Of a stretch of DNA of 27,704 bases, positions 22,062 to 27,704 are shown in pieces. The stretch is from Tubiluchus corallicola. Taxonomy: Eukaryota; Animalia; Priapulida. The notes under the pieces are model-generated. The model was given only the letters and a program-made list of their open reading frames with translations. It was not told the origin of the DNA and made no database searches. Where the stretch lies: contig JAQGDQ010001011.1 in NCBI GenBank assembly GCA_030141605.1, positions 42,945 through 70,648 on the forward strand. The letters run 5' to 3'. The stretch's first letter is position 1, and each line of letters begins with the position of its first letter. The position numbers were made by a program, and so were the translations under genes.

Positions 22062-22433
22062 TGTTGTGTTTTGTTTCTCTCGGAAGGCTCTAGAGAAAAC
22101 CAGAAAACACGCCGTAAAATAAAACTACTTTATTTAGCGAGAATTCTACTCACAAAAGTATGAAGGAACGAGAAATGATTATACTAAACGTGAAAATCTG
22201 GAAAACGTTTAAGCATATCTGAAAATACAAGTATTACGTCCGTGAGATCTGCGTGCTCCGTGTGCGATGTGGGATCCCGTGTCGGCAGCCTGCTTCGCCT
22301 TATATAGCGCACTGTAGAAACTTCCAGAACAAACGTTCGAGAACAATCCAGACGGACTGTAAGACGGTCATTCCGACGGAACGTTCTATGATGTTCTATG
22401 CAATTCTAATTGACGCCAGCGATCTCCACAACA
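22062..22433 (-). mobile_element. Solo LTR, 372 bp
   Basis: TGTTGTG...CACAACA inverted termini and a 5-bp TSD GTAAG at 22057-22061 and 22434-22438. Minus-strand TATATAA (22306-22300) lies upstream of minus-strand AATAAA (22134-22129). Confidence 0.85.
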
Positions 22434-22510
22434 GTAAGCAATAATTTTAAATACTTGTTATTCCAGTGTTTACCATGTGGCTTCATTGTGCTTTTAAAAT
22501 GAGCACACCA

Positions 22511-22992
22511 AGTTTCTCTTATTATGGAGCCACATTGTGGAATGAATTACCAAACTGTCTCCGAATGGCCGAAAATCTTGGGCAATTTAAACGTCTAATT
22601 AACTCATGGACTGGTGTATCACGTAAACGTGCCATTTGTAAATTCAGCGAACTTCCCAATTTTGTTAAGTCGTAATTAAATGCTGAAATGTTGGCAGAAA
22701 ATTTTTTATTGACCTAGATAGCTTTTTGTGTAAATTTTAGAAAATGTTACTGCCTAAAATTTTTACTGCCTCAATTTTTTACTGTCTCAATTTTTACTGT
22801 CTTCATGTAGTTTTAATTTTTCTTGTACCAATACCTCTGGTGGCATCCAAAAGATTTTAAGAAGTACATATTATTACCATGTTATCGCTCATATACATTA
22901 TGTTTGATATCGGTTTACGAGCTTTAAGCTCATGTTTTGTACTGTTTATATCATACCGATGAAAATAAATATTATCTTATCTTATCTTATCT
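22511..22992 (+). mobile_element. 5'-truncated CR1/L2-group LINE 3' end
   Basis: SFSYYGATLWNELPNCLRMAENLGQFKRLINSWTG is a typical RT-ORF terminus. A stem-loop, AATAAA (22964) and a (TTATC)n tail follow. Confidence 0.82.
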
Positions 22993-24443
22993 AAGGCATG
23001 AAATGATGGCGACTTTAAAGCAAACCGGACTCAATGTTAAACTGTACGTAAGGACAATCTACTCTTTAAAATATTGAAAGGAAACATACTATGTTTTGAA
23101 CAATGACTTACGTGAAAGAATTATTACTAGACAAACACAATTTCACGTTCGCGCAGTTCTTCGCTGTTACATGCATTTCGCCATTCGCTAGTTAGACGGG
23201 CACTAGTGCGTGCATTTTGGAGATGCATGGCACAAAAACAGCTGCTGTACCTCTCATTTCAGACGTGTTAGTTTGTGATGAACTACACATGTTCGATAAC
23301 TCATACATGAGCACAGCGGTAAATTTGAAATTTGAATTTTATCTTAAAACTTGCCTAGTTTTAGTACAGCACACTGAGTATCTTACAGTAGCACTGTATT
23401 TCAACTTTCATTTTCGCAAACGCGTACAATATGCTCGTGGAATATTTTTGCTGTTGAAAATGTTAGTTTGTGATGTCTTCATTATTGGGCTCGCCCGCTG
23501 TTAATTAAGTTTTTAATCCCAATTAATTAAGTTAGTTAAGTATACATTTTAATGTTATTTAATTATCAGAAACCCTTTTGCAGTATTAATAGTATCAAAA
23601 TGTATACTTTTTATCGTACTTGAAAATGGGGTAGTATATGAAAGGGCATCCTGTCTTTCTTTAAATTAATTTTACTAATTAAACAAGATGCATATCACAT
23701 TTACGTGCTCAAATGTTAAGATTTTTCGCAAACATAAAAATAAGCCCAACTACCCAGGTTTCTTCTAGTTTGAATTTCCGGGGTATGAATAAGTTGGGAA
23801 TTGGTTTTCACTGCATTTAACAAATAGAATATTTTTCTCCTTTTTGTCTTGGACTTAACTCAGTGTAGTTAGTTATCGTAAAACAGATTTAAGACGCTAT
23901 GTGCTATGGCTCATCATTGTTGTCTCCATAGAGCTTATGAAAGTAGGTTATTGTCATTATTTAAATGTACAAAATCACTTTTTGTAATATCTGTTATCTC
24001 TAATAAGATTACACAGTTCTAGATATTGCTGATGATCGTGAAAAGGTTAAAGGTTAAGTGTACCTGACAATGCTATTGTGTACATTTAACAATGCCTCGC
24101 ACTTGCAGCCCATGCTGTTGTCATAGTAACAGTTTTAACAGCTAGCTAGAATCTTATCTAGTTGATGTTTTCTTGTTCCTAAGCAAGATTCTGCTAGTAA
24201 ATCACCCTATGCACAGACTAATGCATAATTAAGTAAAGCCCATGCAAAACAACTGAAGTTACTGAGCTGATGCGGAGACGGCTTTGCTTTACCCACGTGT
24301 CACGTAATGGTTGCAGTTAAGATGTGTTGCTGCAGCTGCAGTACACTTGACTCATCGCAATTTACTGGGCGTGTGCACAACGAAACTGTAAAAAGGCTCA
24401 TTCCATGTAATCTAATTAAACTTTGCCATACTTTTTTTTACAG

Positions 24444-24631
24444 CAAGTTCTTGTTTCCACCACCAGATGTCCTTCCAGCCACTGAGATTCAAGACAATTT
24501 GTCGGTCGCTACCGGGGATGAGAGTAACGACTGTACTGTGAACAGGCCTATGCCTGTTGATGGCAGGCATGAACTTTTGACACACGTAGACGACACAATT
24601 GTGGAGAAATTAAAAGATCTAATGTTAAATG
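24444..24631 (+). CDS. GTF2H3: GTF2H3 coding exon 4
   Basis: TTTTTTTACAG acceptor; SKFLFP...DGRHELLTHVDDTIVEKLKDLM (cf. SRFLYP...DGKYELL...IVEEIKDLM); G|GTGAGT donor; phases match the neighbouring exons. Confidence 0.92.
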
Positions 24632-24680
24632 GTGAGTCTCTTCTGCAGTATTTATTTGTTAGAATTACATGTCACATTAA

Positions 24681-25187
24681 AGGAAGACCGGACGATTGTT
24701 TAGACTCAATCTCATTTTAATTTAGTGTCCAAAATATACATTTTCTTGCCTATACAAGTTAACAACTGTTCTTTATATTTGAATAATTAGCTTAGATAGC
24801 TAATTAACGGCAACCGCATACAGCTATTGTTTACGTCAGAAACTAACCACAGTTTGTGCAGTGGCAGGCGTCTTCCCTTGCGCGTCAAGCACATTTGCAT
24901 GGGCTTTACATCATATGACGTCAGAAACTAACACTGCAGTTCATAATCGTGCTTATCACGGTACCGCCTTCTGTTTATCGGACACGCGAATGTGACAAAA
25001 AGGCGCCACTGCCAATCTTAGTAGATTCACTGAGCCGCGCGTAGCTTTGAAAGTTTAACCAAATTTGAGTATCCGAGGTAATTATTATTTAACCTAAGCT
25101 TTGATTTAAAAAAATCTATCGTAGTTTTCAATACTTTAGAGCATTCTTTATTCTGAACTCGTGTTTACACAATCATCCGGTTTTCCT
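24681..25187. mobile_element. Kolobok-like MITE, 507 bp
   Basis: TTAA|AGGAAGACCGGACGATTGT ... ACAATCATCCGGTTTTCCT|TTAA: imperfect TIRs starting AG, with a TTAA TSD. Confidence 0.8.
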
Positions 25188-25696
25188 TTAAATTTACTAT
25201 AACATTTTTTAAACTGATATTTACGAGGTATAAATGTAAATAACGTATTTGAATATTCCACTTCGTATCTGCAGTCTCTAATAAAAAAGACCTGCATGCC
25301 ATCTATGTTCCAATGTGATGAAACTTACCTGCCGCTTGCTGCTGATGCTATACAGTGTCGAAACAGCATGACGATGCAGATACTTGAGTTTGGATATTAT
25401 AGTGAATTGAAATTTTGGCTCAACCACATCTTGATGGTTTAATGTGTATGTATAACACATATATAAACGTCTTCTACTGTTGACAACTCCTTTTTTCCAT
25501 ATTTGTTTAATATGATGTATGTGTTTTGTAATTATAATTTATATGCTTGTATTTGAATAATTCTGTAATTGTATTATTGTTGTTTACCTGTAATCTTGTT
25601 ATTGTCACTCATTGTTTACACCTGCATTGTATTATATCATTGTGTTTTCTACGTGCACATTGTATACTAATGTGTACTGTACCATTCGAGTAACAT

Positions 25697-25780
25697 AATA
25701 AATAATAAATATTAATAATAATAATAATAATAATACATAATAATAATAATAATAATAAATAATAATAAATAAAATAAAAA
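25697..25780. repeat. (TAA)n / (TAAA)n low-complexity tract, possibly the tail of an old LINE (25280-25780)
   Basis: Direct reading; preceded by T-rich 3' UTR-like sequence. Confidence 0.7.
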
Positions 25781-26317
25781 TTATGTACATGATATGCTGC
25801 TAAGCAACTTGGCTTGTTTTATCGCGACTTGCCTTGATTGAATTGCTTTGATTGTTTATTTGATGTGATTTAAAAGTGATTTGCTGAAGCAAGTTTTCAC
25901 TGCATTTCATTTGGTGATTGAAGAACCGCTTTTGTCAGTGTGCAATTTTGCACCTCTGTTTAGTATTAGCTTGTCATAATAATAACGCGTAAATACAAAA
26001 TAAATTTTTAAAAGACTGCATTTGAGTCGTGCCAAAATTTACCAAGATTGGACAAAAATTTGAAAAACATTATCGTATCAGTCCGTTTGGTGTTTAGTGA
26101 CTTTTGAAACACCCGATATGTGGACAAACATTATTGGCATGTTGCCAATTGAGTGAGCGAAATATGGTTTCGTATGGAAATGTATTTAATATTAAAATTT
26201 GCTTCACGAGAAATCATATCGCTTTTATCTTGTAATACATGCTTCAAAATGTAATTATCTTTTTATCTTGTAAATTAACAACACTGCAAATGAGTGAATG
26301 ATTTTTCATATTTTTAG

Positions 26318-26380
26318 GCGATGAGACGGCCTTGCAAGTTGAGACTCGATTATCTGGAGCTTTAGGATTGGCTCTTTGCT
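26318..26380 (+). CDS. GTF2H3: GTF2H3 coding exon 5
   Basis: TTTTTAG acceptor; GDETALQVETRLSGALGLALC (cf. ETLLAGSLAKALC); 63 nt. Confidence 0.9.
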
Positions 26381-27209
26381 GTATCTTTTACAATTGTGCT
26401 TCAGATATGTTTTAAATTAGTTTGCTGATTTTGATATTTGTTTCGTTAAATTGCATCTAAAGTCAAATAGCGGTAAAATGCTCTTTACTCTTGTTATCGG
26501 TTTATGCAATGGAGATTCTTCGTTGATGATGATTTGTTTAGTTCATTGCTCGGTTGGGCAATAAATTCCTTGAAGTCTTTCAGTCTTTGAGACTAGGCGT
26601 AAGGAAGCATCGAATTCGAACAAGTTTTTTTTAATCGAATTCCAGGAGAAAGCAAATATATAGATTCGAATAATTCAACACTTCAACTACACATGTTCTT
26701 CATCATTAAAACGTTTGAAACGTCGTGCAGTCAGCACATTTTAGCTGCGATTTCCATAAACAAATTCTAAACAAATTAGTGAAGTTTTACTGCAGTACAA
26801 AATCAACTAATATGCTTGTTCACTGTGAAACTGCTTTTCATTAGTGATTCAAAAATCTTTCAAACTGAATTCAAATTCTATTTTATTTGTGCTAAAAGTG
26901 AGAAACTACGAGGGAAGCATCAGTTCACAGTCGCTAAATTACAAAATTTTCACCCTCCTCCTCTCATTTGGCTTTGCATGTTTGGTGCCCGCGATGCAAG
27001 ACTCCCCTTTCAAAAAACGAGCACATACAGTATTAACTGAAACGTTTAGCAACAGCTGTGCATGCATGACATTCTAGCTGCTGATCTTCAAAGTGCTGCA
27101 CACACCATGAAGATTTCAGTTGATTTTCGCTTACTTTCTTACTGCAGGAAGCCAGTAACGTAGAACTCTTTTGTCTCTGTTGTTTATTCATCTTGACTCT
27201 AAGCTGCAG
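26381..27209 (+). other. U12-type (minor spliceosome) GT-AG intron
   Basis: Donor GTATCTTTT; branch site TCTTGAC at 27191-27197, with the A 13 nt before the 3' end; no pyrimidine tract after it. Confidence 0.8.
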
Positions 27210-27343
27210 TTATACATCGTGTCCGTAGAGAATCAAAGCTCGTGGAACAATACAAATCACGCATTGTTGTCATACAAGCTGGAGAAGATCCTGCGTCCCA
27301 GTACCTACCTTTTATGAATTCCATCTTTTCAGCACAAAAAATG
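27210..27343 (+). CDS. GTF2H3: GTF2H3 coding exon 6 (gene continues beyond the window)
   Basis: FIHRVRRESKLVEQYKSRIVVIQAGEDPASQYLPFMNSIFSAQKM (cf. YIHR...[29 protein letters not shown]); G|GTACGT donor. Confidence 0.93.
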
Positions 27344-27704
27344 GTACGTCTTAATTGTTTATAATTTTAACATCAAGATTACCCACGGGCTCAAAACAAA
27401 CCAAAGTTAAATGTGATTTAATTAGTCAGAATCAGACTAGCACAAGCGATCTAACATTTGAAATGCTGAAACTGGCTGGCCATCTATAGCGGTCAAACTT
27501 GGGATTGTCACAACAGCTGGGGAATATAGTAATCTAAGGGTTATAACATCTGTCTTGTAAGCATTAAGTCCAAGGTTCAAATCCAGCCTGTATTCGTACT
27601 TTTCTCCATTCCTGTATTTCAAGTATGGTTTAAAAATTCAGGGTTTGCACTCTTCTTAATGGTATATCTTGCACATACACTTTATAAACATTGAGATTCT
27701 ATAG

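Noticed and set aside
24025-24072. TGATGA...CTGA with a 4-bp terminal stem (box C/D snoRNA-like)
   Set aside because: Only ~40 nt between the boxes, too short, and no evident rRNA guide.
24307-24720. 137-aa ORF as an independent gene
   Set aside because: It is GTF2H3 exon 4 plus intronic read-through.
26592-27077. TTCGAA-rich segment and two short ORFs in the U12 intron
   Set aside because: Possibly an old MITE fragment, but no TIR pair or TSD and no protein similarity.
27437-27622. 61-aa minus-strand ORF
   Set aside because: Non-ATG start, no recognisable motif, intronic.

Overview
AT-rich eukaryotic genomic DNA, probably from an invertebrate animal. It has spliceosomal introns and TTAGGG-like repeats; I cannot assign the taxon. 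Three protein-coding genes are recognisable. (1) A complete FARP1/2 (CDEP)-type FERM-RhoGEF-PH-PH gene on +, whose ~1050-aa CDS has no introns (9364-12519). (2) A two-exon CCDC43 gene on - (17505-16755). (3) The first six coding exons of GTF2H3 (TFIIH p34/Tfb4) on +, from 17682 past the window end, head-to-head with CCDC43 across 176 bp; its intron 5 carries U12 (minor spliceosome) signals. The rest is dense in repeats: a ~570-bp (GA)n tract, a telomere-like array inside an inverted-repeat element, a 93-bp x ~21 minisatellite, hAT/Tigger/Kolobok MITEs, L2/CR1-group and RTE LINE ends, a bipartite RTE-derived SINE-like element and a solo LTR inserted into a GTF2H3 splice donor. I did not find a clearly new multi-gene system. 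The best leads are the intronless FARP, the LTR that rebuilt a splice donor, the U12 intron, the bipartite RTE element and the splice-site-containing minisatellite.
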